A stretch of 64,000 nucleotides of DNA, taken from the IMG/VR virus record IMGVR_UViG_3300011955_000032, positions 1 through 64,000 of that record. One strand, given 5' to 3'. The notes beneath the pieces were generated by a model. The model saw only the letters and a list, made by a program, of their open reading frames with translations. It searched no databases and was not told the origin of the DNA. Numbering within the stretch: the first letter of the stretch is position 1; every line of letters begins with the position of its first letter. Below, one piece after another: positions 9,369 through 18,526 of the stretch. The stretch is from an uncultured virus (IMG/VR IMGVR_UViG_3300011955_000032) (lineage: Duplodnaviria; Heunggongvirae; Uroviricota; Caudoviricetes). Made by a program: the position numbers and the translations under genes.

Positions 9369-10663
9369 TTGGCAGGGCCTCCATTGGATTGACGTGGGAC
9401 GTTGCGCTCCACGATGCGGACGCGCGGCTTGTAGGCTTCGATCGCCGCAGTCCATTCGGCGTGCGTCATGTTTTTCTCGGGATCGCCATCGGGCCATGAC
9501 ACATCCAGGCCCAGGGCGCGGCAGAGGATTTCAATCTCGCCGCAGATGGCGCTCTTGCCAGAGCCCGTCAGGCCGATGACTTCCACCAGCACTTCGCCCT
9601 CGGCGGGCGCAGCAGGTGCTGCCTGCGCGGCCTTGAGCTGATCGCACAGTGGCGCGACGATGTGTGCGATGCGATCCCGAAGTTGCCCGGCGCCGTGGTA
9701 CTTGATCGCGCAATCGCGCAGGTCGTTGACGAGCCTGGCTGTCAGGTGATCCTTCCAGGGCGCAGCAGGTGCCTGGGGCGCTGCTGCCTGTGTGGGAACA
9801 GCAGTCACCAAGCCTTGCAGGTCTTGCTTCAGATACTGGAAGGACTCAGGGTCACGGCAGTATTTGTATGCGATGGCGATGCATGCCTGTATCGCGTCGT
9901 TGCGCCAGAGGATGACAGCGGGATGCCTTGGGCCAACGACTGCATCCAGTACCTTGAGGATGCGTGCAGGATATTCCTCCAGAGGCACGTCCTGGTTATC
10001 GGCTGCAGCTAGGTCGTCATACACGGCAGAGGCGAACAGTTCGCGCCAGCCTTCCGGGGCTGCAGGCGCTTCCAGGGCGGGCGCTTCAGGCTGGCGGCCT
10101 AGGTCGAAGTAGGCGCGCAGTTGGTCGGCGGTGAACAGCTGCGCTCCATGCACGACCCCGCGTGCATTCTTGAAATAGGCGTATTCGGTCGGCCTGGCAA
10201 TGACATCGCCGCCGATCTGCTCGATGAACATCACGCCTTCAGGTAGCGGCGGGTACTCGCCCTGGGGCGCCACAGCGGCAGGATGCTCGGCCAGCAGGCG
10301 CTTGGCGGCGGCGCGAATGTCGGCACCGATGTCCAGCGTCTCGCCAGGAGCGTCGTACATGCAGCCGTCCCAGCTCTGGGCGATTTGTTCGAACACTGCG
10401 GGTAGGGGCGCCACAGCGGCAGGAGCTGCCCCGGCCGGCTCCTCGATCTGGGCCAGACACTTCGAGCCGCGTGCGGCGGCGCGGTCTGCTACAAGTTGCG
10501 TGTAGCGGTCCAGGTGATGCTTCTCGGCTTGCACTGCCGCCAGTGGCCGCGCCGGCAGGTCGTCTTCAATCAGCGTCGAGTGCTCTATCCATATGCCTGC
10601 TTGGCGCATCAGATCCTCTTGCGTCTGGGCGTCAATGTGTGCGGCTGTCGTGATTGCTGTCAT
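9365..10663 (-). CDS. Mosaic multi-module phage protein with Ala/Pro linkers and a C-terminal P-loop fragment
   Basis: Several modules separated by AAPAAP/PAAVAP; GLTGSGKS near the C-terminus. Confidence 0.7.
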   Translation of the reverse strand: MTAITTAAHIDAQTQEDLMRQAGIWIEHSTLIEDDLPARPLAAVQAEKHHLDRYTQLVADRAAARGSKCLAQIEEPAGAAPAAVAPLPAVFEQIAQSWDGCMYDAPGETLDIGADIRAAAKRLLAEHPAAVAPQGEYPPLPEGVMFIEQIGGDVIARPTEYAYFKNARGVVHGAQLFTADQLRAYFDLGRQPEAPALEAPAAPEGWRELFASAVYDDLAAADNQDVPLEEYPARILKVLDAVVGPRHPAVILWRNDAIQACIAIAYKYCRDPESFQYLKQDLQGLVTAVPTQAAAPQAPAAPWKDHLTARLVNDLRDCAIKYHGAGQLRDRIAHIVAPLCDQLKAAQAAPAAPAEGEVLVEVIGLTGSGKSAICGEIEILCRALGLDVSWPDGDPEKNMTHAEWTAAIEAYKPRVRIVERNVPRQSNGGPAK

Positions 10664-10820
10664 GAGGCTTCCTTGGTGAGCAGCTGCCAATGCGCTGCAG
10701 TGGTTTGGATGACGTGGCCTGCGCGCTGCAGCAGCGGGCAGGTCGGGGGTGGGGTCGGGGTCATGGGGCAATGAGAAAAGCCACTCGCGGCACGGGGCCG
10801 GGTGGCTTCGGGGGAGGGGA

Positions 10821-12050
10821 TCAAAAAAGCCCGCGTTGTGCGGGCTCTGGTTCGGGTCGTGGCGCGTGGCGCTCGGGCGGCGCTGGCGCTGCCGCGATGG
10901 TTTCTGGCGGCAGTGGTTCGGCTGCCAGTGCTCCGTGCCGGCGCGCCTCGTGCTCGATGCGTGCGCGGGCGATGGCCAAGTACTCGGCCTCGCGCTCGAT
11001 GCCCAGGAAGCGGAATCCCTCGCGCATGCAGGCTTTGCCGGTGCTGCCCGAGCCCATGAAGGGGTCCAGCACCAGGCCGCCCGGCGGCGTCACCAGCCTG
11101 CACAGGTAGGCCATCAGGTCCGTCGGCTTCACCGTGGGGTGGTGGTTGCCGTTGCGCGCCGGCCAGTCGGCATCCTCGCGCTCGCGCATGGTGGCGCCGG
11201 TACCGACTGCCGGATTGGAGCCGCTGGCAAGGCCTGCATTGCGGTCGGCGCGGCTGGCCTTGGCGCAGTAGAAGAAGCGGGCAGCGCTACCGGAGCTGGC
11301 CGGCACGTCTACGCTGCTCACCGCGCCACCGAGCGTTCCATAGCAGACGCTGCCGGGCTCGTCCTGAGCTGCGCGTTGGGTGCTTGACTTCATTGCGCCG
11401 CTGGTGCTTTGCGGAAACCCCGCCAACACCTCTTTGCTGCCATCGTGGATCAGGTTGGCTGGCCAGCGGCCTTTGGTGGCGTCGTAGGACGCGGCTCGGT
11501 CCATTGTCTCGCCTCCGCTGTACGCTCCGTTGCCGCCAATGCTCTTGGTGGCGTTGAATCCGACTATGCGCTCGCCGATGTACGCGGCGTCTTCTGCGCT
11601 CATGCCGACACGGCACCCATCAATATTCAGCCCTCCCGTGCCATGCGCCGATACATTGGCCGCCACGGTGCCGGCCAGAGGTTTTCGCGCCACACTGATG
11701 GGCTCAAGTGCGGGCTTCAGCGCAGTGCCACCCCACGGGCCGTTGTGAGACTTCGGGAAGCCGCTGCCGTAAACCCACGCGATCATGTCCCGGATCTCGA
11801 ATCCAGCGTCTTCGATGCGGACTGCCATGCGGTGCTGGGTGCGGGTGCCAGCGAATGCCAGGAGGTGGCCGCCCGGCTTGAGCACGCGCAGGCACTCTGT
11901 CCAGACTTCCACGTCAGGCACGTCGTAGTCCCAGCGCTTGCCCATGAATGAGAGGCCGTAGGGCGGATCGGTGACGATGGCGTCGACGCTGCTGTCTGCG
12001 AGCGTGCGCAGCACTTCCAGGCAGTCGCCGTGCTCCAATTGGTATTGCAT
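10821..12050 (-). CDS. DNA N6-adenine/N4-cytosine methyltransferase (beta class)
   Basis: VTDPPY (motif IV) precedes HPTVKP and VLDPFMGSGSTG (motif I). Confidence 0.93.
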   Translation of the reverse strand: MQYQLEHGDCLEVLRTLADSSVDAIVTDPPYGLSFMGKRWDYDVPDVEVWTECLRVLKPGGHLLAFAGTRTQHRMAVRIEDAGFEIRDMIAWVYGSGFPKSHNGPWGGTALKPALEPISVARKPLAGTVAANVSAHGTGGLNIDGCRVGMSAEDAAYIGERIVGFNATKSIGGNGAYSGGETMDRAASYDATKGRWPANLIHDGSKEVLAGFPQSTSGAMKSSTQRAAQDEPGSVCYGTLGGAVSSVDVPASSGSAARFFYCAKASRADRNAGLASGSNPAVGTGATMREREDADWPARNGNHHPTVKPTDLMAYLCRLVTPPGGLVLDPFMGSGSTGKACMREGFRFLGIEREAEYLAIARARIEHEARRHGALAAEPLPPETIAAAPAPPERHAPRPEPEPAQRGLF

Positions 12051-12066
12051 CGGGGCTCCAGAAACG

Positions 12067-12097
12067 AAAAAAGCCTGGCGGCATTACCCGGGCAGGC
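12067..12097 (-). terminator. Intrinsic terminator after hns
   Basis: Minus strand GCCTG...CAGGC followed by TTTTTT. Confidence 0.6.
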
Positions 12098-12159
12098 TTT
12101 GGAAGGGGGAGGGGAGAAATCAGGGAAGGAGCCGCGCGGCCCCTTCGCTCATGCCTCGT

Positions 12160-12444
12160 TCAGGCGGTGGCGATCAGGAACGGCGCGCGGTCCTTGCCAT
12201 TGATCCAGTTCGGAGGCTTGCCCCGGCCGGTCCAGGTGGCGCCGGTGGCGGGGTCGCGGTACTTCGGGGCGCCCACGCTGCCCTTGGCCTTCGCGGCGGG
12301 GAAGACATCGGCAGCGGTCAGGCCGTGCTCTGCGATCAGCGCGCGGGCCTGGGCGACGGCTTGTGCCTTGGCTTCGGCCTGGGCCTGGGCGATCTGGGCG
12401 TCGAGGGTGGCCTTCTGGGCCAGCAGGGTCTGCATTTCGGTCAT
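12160..12444 (-). CDS. hns: H-NS family nucleoid-associated protein
   Basis: N-terminal coiled coil plus PKYRDPATGATWTGRGKPPNWI. Confidence 0.95.
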   Translation of the reverse strand: MTEMQTLLAQKATLDAQIAQAQAEAKAQAVAQARALIAEHGLTAADVFPAAKAKGSVGAPKYRDPATGATWTGRGKPPNWINGKDRAPFLIATA

Positions 12445-12496
12445 AGATGGTGCTTTCAGGCGCCGCGCGGGCGCCGTGGGTGGTTCAGTGGATGGT

Positions 12497-13195
12497 TCAG
12501 GCTGGTTCGCCGGTCACGGCCGCCGCGAAGGCGTCTTCGGGCGTCTGGTTCACAGGGTGGTTCGGGTCGGTCGGCGGCTCGTCCTCGCCATCCACCTGCA
12601 GCTCCTGCTGGTCCTCGTTGTCCGGCTGGCTGGCGGGCGTGTCTGGCCTGCCGGCGCGGTAGCCCTTCTTGGCCTGCAACAGTTCGGCCGGGGCCAGCAG
12701 CTTGATGTAGATCTCGCCCTCGGCTGCCAGGCCGGACAGCTCGCCGAAGAGGTCGTTATCCAGCAACTCGTCGCCGTTGTACTGGACCTTGCCCTTGATG
12801 GTGACGCTGCCACCCTCGAACAGGTCGTAGTGCAGGCCGGTCAGCACTGCGTCCGAGAAGTCCACGCGCGCGCCTTCAATGCCCCAGTCCCAGATGAAGC
12901 GGTAGCCGCGCCACCGCTGCTTGCGCGCGTATTCGAAGCTGGTGGGCAGCAGGGGGTGGCGCAGGTTCGGCAACGGGATAAGCACGCCCGGTAGTGCGAC
13001 CTGACCGTCCTTCACCGCCTTGTTGAAGTAGTGGTGCTCGCGCAGGCCGGGCTCCAGCAGGTCCAGAAGAATGTTCTCCCCGGTCAGCTGGAACGAGATA
13101 TCGATTGCGCGCACCTTCTCATCGCCGTGCAGCTCTCGGCGCGGGTTGGCGTTTGTGACGGTGACGGCCGTGGATTCAGCCAATTCGAAGGCCAT
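12497..13195 (-). CDS. Conserved-looking phage protein with acidic tail
   Basis: NPRRELHGDEKVRAIDI; strong AAAGGA RBS. Confidence 0.7.
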   Translation of the reverse strand: MAFELAESTAVTVTNANPRRELHGDEKVRAIDISFQLTGENILLDLLEPGLREHHYFNKAVKDGQVALPGVLIPLPNLRHPLLPTSFEYARKQRWRGYRFIWDWGIEGARVDFSDAVLTGLHYDLFEGGSVTIKGKVQYNGDELLDNDLFGELSGLAAEGEIYIKLLAPAELLQAKKGYRAGRPDTPASQPDNEDQQELQVDGEDEPPTDPNHPVNQTPEDAFAAAVTGEPA

Positions 13196-13228
13196 GGTTT
13201 TCCTTTGTGGTGGTGGTGGAAACAGGGT

Positions 13229-13861
13229 TCAGGCTGCCTTGGCCGTCTTCAGGTCCTGGACAGCGAAATAGACAGCGATGCAGGCGGCGACGTCAGCACC
13301 AGCGGTGTGTGCGCCCTCGAAGTTGTGGCCGAAGAAGTGGTGGTAGGCCTCGGCCAGCTTCGGCGTCTTGAACTTGCCTATGCCGGCGGCGCGCATCTTT
13401 TCGGTGGGCGGCAGCTTGCAGAGCGGCGTGGTCAGCAGCGCCGTGCATGCGCTGGGGCCGGCCTTCCAGATGTCGGATTGGGGCAGGGCAGCAGCCGGCT
13501 CGCGCGCATCGATGTGACGCTTGATGGCGATGCGCAGGATGCGGGCATCGAAGCTCTCGTTGTGCCCCACGCGCATGCGACCACCCCACATCGACAGCAG
13601 CATGCTCACGGCCACATCCTCGGGCACGCCCAGGTCCAGCGCCTTCTCGGTGGTGATGCCGTGGATCTTGGCCACGTCGTCGGGGATGGTCCAGCCGTCC
13701 GGCTTGACGATGACATCGATGCTGGAAAGCACCGTGCGGGTGTCGAGGTCCACCAGGCTGGCGGCCAGCTGCACCAGGTGGGGCTGGTCGGGGTGTTCGC
13801 TGGGCTCCTTGAAGAGCGGAAGGCCGGTGGTTTCGGTGTCGTAGACGAGGGCGAGGTTCAT
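13229..13861 (-). CDS. DEDDh 3'-5' exonuclease (DnaQ-like)
   Basis: YDTETTGL, VGHNESFD, AHTAGADV. Confidence 0.92.
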   Translation of the reverse strand: MNLALVYDTETTGLPLFKEPSEHPDQPHLVQLAASLVDLDTRTVLSSIDVIVKPDGWTIPDDVAKIHGITTEKALDLGVPEDVAVSMLLSMWGGRMRVGHNESFDARILRIAIKRHIDAREPAAALPQSDIWKAGPSACTALLTTPLCKLPPTEKMRAAGIGKFKTPKLAEAYHHFFGHNFEGAHTAGADVAACIAVYFAVQDLKTAKAA

Positions 13862-13893
13862 GGTCGGGCTTTCTTGGCCGGGTGGCTGTGAGG

Positions 13894-13920
13894 AAAAAAA
13901 GAGCCCGCACAGAGGCGGGC
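13894..13920 (-). terminator. Intrinsic terminator
   Basis: Minus strand GCCCGC CTCTGT GCGGGC TCTTTTTTT. Confidence 0.7.
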
Positions 13921-13942
13921 CGTTGGCAGTCGTTGACGGGGC

Positions 13943-15739
13943 TCAGGCGGACGCTGTAAGCCCGCGGGCGAACTTATCGAAGCCCAGGGCCAGCTTCAGG
14001 GCCATGCGCTTGGCGTCGGAGACCAGCACCAGGACGGCGCCGCGCTCCTTTCGGTAGGGCAGGCCCAGGTCGTCCAGCGTCTCGGCGGACACCTTGACCG
14101 ACATGTTTTCCGCCTTCAGCTGCGCATTGAGCTGGCCCAGGGTGATCGTGGCGCCGGCCTCTTCGGCAGCAGGAGCTGCTGCAGCGCTGCTGGCCTGGGC
14201 CGTGCTGATGGCCTGCCGCGTGTCCAGAGCTGCGACGCCGCTGTCGTGTACGTGGGAGGCCGTGGCGCTCAGGTCATCCAGCAGCGGCGCGGACAGCGCG
14301 CCAGCCTCGCGGCCTTCGGCGATGCCGGCCTGTGCCTGGGCGTTGGCCTGGGCCAGCTTCTCGCGGGCCTCTGCGTCTGCGCGCTGCTGCTCCTCTTGGC
14401 GGATGCGTGCACGCTCGGCCTCCAGGCGCTTGGCTTCGGCTTGGCGGTGCTGCCCGATGCGCAGCGCGGCCAGGGCCTGGAAGTCCTCGGGCGCCTTGCC
14501 GCCCACCGCCGCGAAGTCGGCGAACAGCGCGATCCAGTCACCGTCGTCCTGGCGCAGGTGCTGGCGGTTCGCTTCCAGCCGCCCGGCCAGCGCGTTGGCG
14601 TCGGCCTTGGCGTTGGTCAGCACCACCGCAATGGCATCCCGCATGTTGTCCAGCGACTTCTTGCCCCGGATGGCTTCAGCGAAACCGCCGGCCACGCGCG
14701 GAATCCAGTTGGCGCCCAGGCGCTGCTGGTTCAGGGCCGCGATGTGCTGGTCCAGGTTGGCCTGGGCGCTTGCCACGATCTCGGCCTTTCGGCTTTCCTT
14801 CTCGGCCGCCACCAGCTTCTCGCGCGCCAGCCGCGTGGTGCGCATCAGGTCGGCCAGGTCGTTGGCAGTGCGCGTGAAAGCCTCCACGTCGCTGACCTGG
14901 GCCAGCGCGTTGGCCACAGCGGCCTTCATCGCTTCCTCACCCTTCTTGAGCGCCTTGCACTCGGCCTCGGCGTCAGCGAATTCCTGGTCGGTGGCGGGCT
15001 TGGTCACCATGCCGTCGATGAATGCGCGGACGGCCAGGGCCACCTTGTCCAGGTTGGACACCACGGCCAGGCTGCCCTGCAGCTGGACGGCCACGGCCGG
15101 CAGGCTCTCCACGGGCTCGGCCACCACGGGCGCGGCGCTGGTGTCGGCGGGCACATAGGCGGCCACCTCCAGGGCCAGCTGCTCCCAGCCGGCGAGGATC
15201 TTGGCGCGCAGCTCAGGGTTCGGCGTGTACCAGCAGTGCAACTGCTCCAGCAGGGTGCCATCCGGCGCCCATTTGGTGGCCATGAACAGGATGCGCTCGC
15301 AGCCGGCCACGGCGGCCTGCTGTTCCATTTGCACCTGGTACTGCAGCGGCAGGTCGGCGCCCGTGCAGCCTTCGACCATGGCCGCGCGCAGGCGGTCGTT
15401 CAGGCTCTTGTGTTCGAACGCGGTGTCGTTCATGAACGTGAGGCCGTCGAAGCTGGCCGAGAGCTTGCCCTCGGTGCCCACGCACGGTGAAAGCTCTTCG
15501 CCGATGATCTCTTCGGCCAGCGGCCGGGCCAGGGCCTCGAAGCGGTGGCCGTCGGCGAAGCGGCGCTCGGTGGCGGCGTCTGCCTCGGGAGCGATGCCCG
15601 TGGCCAGCTCGCGCACCAGGTCGCTGCGCGTCTTGTAGCTGCTGCAGCCCATCATGGCCGGCGCGTCGCTGGCGTTCCAGTGCTGGGCACGGTGCTGGTG
15701 CCAGGCGGGTGTGCCTTGGGTCAGGTTCACGATCTGCAT
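13943..15739 (-). CDS. YqaJ-family (lambda-exonuclease-like) nuclease with long coiled-coil C-terminus
   Basis: QGTPAWHQHR..NASDAPAMMG, GHRFEALAR, SASFDGL, FEHK, QMEQQ; start at ATG 15739. Confidence 0.9.
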   Translation of the reverse strand: MQIVNLTQGTPAWHQHRAQHWNASDAPAMMGCSSYKTRSDLVRELATGIAPEADAATERRFADGHRFEALARPLAEEIIGEELSPCVGTEGKLSASFDGLTFMNDTAFEHKSLNDRLRAAMVEGCTGADLPLQYQVQMEQQAAVAGCERILFMATKWAPDGTLLEQLHCWYTPNPELRAKILAGWEQLALEVAAYVPADTSAAPVVAEPVESLPAVAVQLQGSLAVVSNLDKVALAVRAFIDGMVTKPATDQEFADAEAECKALKKGEEAMKAAVANALAQVSDVEAFTRTANDLADLMRTTRLAREKLVAAEKESRKAEIVASAQANLDQHIAALNQQRLGANWIPRVAGGFAEAIRGKKSLDNMRDAIAVVLTNAKADANALAGRLEANRQHLRQDDGDWIALFADFAAVGGKAPEDFQALAALRIGQHRQAEAKRLEAERARIRQEEQQRADAEAREKLAQANAQAQAGIAEGREAGALSAPLLDDLSATASHVHDSGVAALDTRQAISTAQASSAAAAPAAEEAGATITLGQLNAQLKAENMSVKVSAETLDDLGLPYRKERGAVLVLVSDAKRMALKLALGFDKFARGLTASA

Positions 15740-15740
15740 G

Positions 15741-16676
15741 TCATCCCTCCAGTTCGGCCACGCGGGCTTCAAAGATTTCAGTGAGTCGCTGGCGTTCGGC
15801 CAGGTCTTCCACGGCGTCCAGCAGGGAGCCATGCTTGTAGAGCGCGTCCAGGTCGGCGGCGCCGCGCAGGTCCTGCTCCAGCTTGGCCGCGTCCACCACC
15901 AGCACGCCGTCGGCGTCGGTGGCCGGGCCGGCAGCAGCACCTGCAGGCGCCGCGCTGGCTCCCTGGCGTTTGGCTACCTCGTCGCGCAGTTGCTTCTCCT
16001 GCTCGGTCGTGACCTTGCCCTTGCTGCCCAGCCAGGCCAGCACGTCGGCGATGGGCTTGCCGCCGCTGACGATGCCGTCCACCCATTTGCTCAGGCCAGC
16101 GGCCCAGCGGTCAGCGGGCCATTCGGGCTGGACGACTTCGGCGGGGCCCATGTGTTTGATGGCCGGCTGAGCCTCCACGATGCGCTCGGCTTCATCCTGG
16201 TCGTAGATCCCGCCATACCCGAAGGCGAGGCGCGCGCACTGAATCATTGCCTTGTGGCGAAGCATCCGCTTCGGATGCGACGACCAGGGGCCGGTGCCGC
16301 GCTTGCATTCGGCCATCCATTCGGTGACCTTGATAGGGCGGTTGCGGTCCTTGCGGAAGATGATGCAGGTGCAGCTTTCGCTGTCCTGCTCGAACTCGAT
16401 CCCGTCGAACTGCGGATGCGAGTTGATGATCCGGCTCCAGCCGTCCACCCCGACCACCGGCACGATGCCGTTGTTCTTGTCGGGGAAGGCGTAGATTTCC
16501 TTGGTCCAGGGGTTCAAGGCGTACTGGTTGGCTACCACCATCAGGGCGGTCATCTGGGCATCGGAGACCTGTCCCTTGAAGGCGGTTGCCTTGAGGGTCT
16601 CAATCAGGCCGGTTCCGTCACCCATATCCAGGGTGGCGGCCAGCTTCTGGGTGAGCGCGACGAGAGGGGAGTTCAT
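15741..16676 (-). CDS. bet: Phage recombination protein Bet (single-strand annealing)
   Basis: QYALNPWTKEIYAFP, PVVGVDGW, PWSSHPKRMLRHKAMIQCARLAFG. Confidence 0.95.
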   Translation of the reverse strand: MNSPLVALTQKLAATLDMGDGTGLIETLKATAFKGQVSDAQMTALMVVANQYALNPWTKEIYAFPDKNNGIVPVVGVDGWSRIINSHPQFDGIEFEQDSESCTCIIFRKDRNRPIKVTEWMAECKRGTGPWSSHPKRMLRHKAMIQCARLAFGYGGIYDQDEAERIVEAQPAIKHMGPAEVVQPEWPADRWAAGLSKWVDGIVSGGKPIADVLAWLGSKGKVTTEQEKQLRDEVAKRQGASAAPAGAAAGPATDADGVLVVDAAKLEQDLRGAADLDALYKHGSLLDAVEDLAERQRLTEIFEARVAELEG

Positions 16677-16688
16677 GGGAATTGGCCT

Positions 16689-17153
16689 TCAAAGGTGTTG
16701 CCAGCGCTTTTTGCTGACGATGTGACTGATTTCTGCTTGGCTGACGCCGTACTGCTGAGCGAGCCGGTACTGGTTCGCGTCCTTGCTGTACGGGCGGTAG
16801 TTGGCGCGGATGTCGCGTATTTCCTGGGCGCTGAGCTTCGAATTGCCGACCTGCTCGCCTTTCAGATGGCGCCCGCGCTGGACCTTGTCGTTCGTGTTGT
16901 CCTGAGCCGTTCCCGGCTCCAGATGCTCGACGTTGATGCAGCAGGGGTTGTCGCAGCGATGCCGGATCACGACGCCAACGAGCGCATCGGGGTGGAGCAT
17001 CTCGTTCAAGGCGTAGGCAAGTCGATGGGCCAGCACCTGTTTGCCCATGAATTGCAGATAGCCGTAGCCGTTCTTTCTCCGGCCTCCGTTGAATGGAATG
17101 CAAGCTCTGCTGAGAATGGGACCGTGTTGGTGGCCCTTGACGATGGGGTGCAT
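16689..17153 (-). CDS. HNH homing endonuclease with C-terminal HTH
   Basis: GYG, AHRLAY, VIRHRCDNPCCINVEHL..GT..DN, KLSAQEIRDIR. Confidence 0.92.
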   Translation of the reverse strand: MHPIVKGHQHGPILSRACIPFNGGRRKNGYGYLQFMGKQVLAHRLAYALNEMLHPDALVGVVIRHRCDNPCCINVEHLEPGTAQDNTNDKVQRGRHLKGEQVGNSKLSAQEIRDIRANYRPYSKDANQYRLAQQYGVSQAEISHIVSKKRWQHL

Positions 17154-17185
17154 GAAGTCCTCGGTGGTGGAAATGAAAACGGCGC

Positions 17186-17272
17186 TCAGAAGGCGCCAGA
17201 TGCGACGGCGGCCAGGGCCAGCGACATGGCGCTCAGGCCGAGCCAGAGGAATGCGTGGAGCAGGTAGTTCAT
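17186..17272 (-). CDS. 28-aa hydrophobic peptide (not in the ORF track)
   Basis: MNYLLHAFLWLGLSAMSLALAAVASGAF; ATGA-coupled to the upstream gene. Confidence 0.45.
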   Translation of the reverse strand: MNYLLHAFLWLGLSAMSLALAAVASGAF

Positions 17273-17613
17273 GGCGTGGAGCCTTTCACCAGGGCCAGGG
17301 CCGCGCGGGCGTTGTCCAGCGCATTGCTCCTGTTCGTGGAACTGCCCCATGCATTCGGCTCAAAGAACTCATACATCTCGGCCAGAGCCGCTACCAGCGC
17401 ATCCCGCTGCTCCACAAGCTGGCGCGGCGTCAGGCCGGTTTCTTCTTTGAGATTTAGCGCATCAGCAACGACATCCGCCAGATCCAGGTCATATGTCCTG
17501 AACAGGAAAATTGTCGAGTCATTCACTCGCTCTTTCGACACATACACTGCGCCTGCGCAGGAGTCTTCGTCGTCAACCACTTCCCACCTTGGAGGCTTGA
17601 TTGCTTCACTCAT
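17269..17613 (-). CDS. Hypothetical phage protein
   Basis: ETGLTPRQLVEQRDALVAAL...NARAALA; coupled start. Confidence 0.7.
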   Translation of the reverse strand: MSEAIKPPRWEVVDDEDSCAGAVYVSKERVNDSTIFLFRTYDLDLADVVADALNLKEETGLTPRQLVEQRDALVAALAEMYEFFEPNAWGSSTNRSNALDNARAALALVKGSTP

Positions 17614-17783
17614 GCTTCTTCTCCCATCAGTTCTTCGAGTCGGCTCAGGAAATGGCGCCCGCCGGCAGGCAGGCAGCGATCCAGCTTCTCGCCGGCCTGG
17701 CGGACCAGGGTGGCCAGCTCGTCGCGCTGCTCTGTCGTCTCGCGCAGCTGCTGGGCCATCTGCTCGTATGTCAGGGCTGGCAT
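17610..17783 (-). CDS. Small coiled-coil phage protein
   Basis: AAGGAG RBS; EQRDEL motif. Confidence 0.55.
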   Translation of the reverse strand: MPALTYEQMAQQLRETTEQRDELATLVRQAGEKLDRCLPAGGRHFLSRLEELMGEEA

Positions 17784-18199
17784 GGCGGCTCCTTCGAGCG
17801 GGCGCGCAGCATTTCGTCTGCCCAGGCGGCAGGCCACTGCACGTAGCGCTGCTTCTCACGCTCTTGGGACCGCATGCGCTCGGCAGCCTGATGAGCCTCC
17901 AGCGCAACGCCGTACTCGCGCACGCGCGGCTGCATGCAATCCTCGGCCCCCAGGAATTCACCCAGGCCCGAAAGCTCTTCCTTCTCGGCGGGCGTGGCAT
18001 CAGGGATGCTGCCCGGGTGCACCGTGCGCGCCAGAGGCATCGCGGGCTGGAACCAGGGCTGGGGCTCGGCCGGCGCGTGCGCGATGAAGTAGTCGCGCAG
18101 CAGCATGCCGCCGCTGGGCTGCGTCTCGTAGCGCTCCTCGCCGTCGCTGCTGAGGCCGGTGAACTGGGCGTTGAGGCCCGGGAATGCGTATTCGGGCAT
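17771..18199 (-). CDS. Hypothetical phage protein
   Basis: AFP...GMLLRDYFIAHAP...WADEMLRAR. Confidence 0.75.
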   Translation of the reverse strand: MPEYAFPGLNAQFTGLSSDGEERYETQPSGGMLLRDYFIAHAPAEPQPWFQPAMPLARTVHPGSIPDATPAEKEELSGLGEFLGAEDCMQPRVREYGVALEAHQAAERMRSQEREKQRYVQWPAAWADEMLRARSKEPPCQP

Positions 18200-18202
18200 G
18201 GC

Positions 18203-18526
18203 CTATCTCTCCTTGAAACACGAAACAGATCCGGCCTCGAAGACCGGGGTGAGGCCCTCGCATGCCCGGGCCGCGCCGCGCGCAATGCGCTGCTCTTGCG
18301 CCGTGGGCTGGGGCTCCTGTGCGCCGGCATCAGCGCAGCCGCTCAGGGCCAGCAGGAGCAGGGCGGCCAGCACCAGGGCGAGCCAGCGGCCGTAGCGCGG
18401 CGGGCGCGACACGTCGAAGAAGGCCACTGCCTGCCTGGCATCGCACGGGAAGGCCTCGGCCAGGGTGCGGCTGTAGCGGGCATCGGGGTCGGGGTTGAAG
18501 GGCTCTGCCGGGGTCACTCGTTGCAT
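18203..18526 (-). CDS. Putative membrane protein or lipoprotein
   Basis: RYSRTLAEAF; hydrophobic WLALVLAALLLLALSGC segment. Confidence 0.65.
   Translation of the reverse strand: MQRVTPAEPFNPDPDARYSRTLAEAFPCDARQAVAFFDVSRPPRYGRWLALVLAALLLLALSGCADAGAQEPQPTAQEQRIARGAARACEGLTPVFEAGSVSCFKER

Noticed and set aside
9365..9600. Functional ATPase from the GLTGSGKS motif
   Set aside because: The P-loop lies in a terminal module of only about 70 aa with no evident Walker B; there is not enough to call an enzyme.
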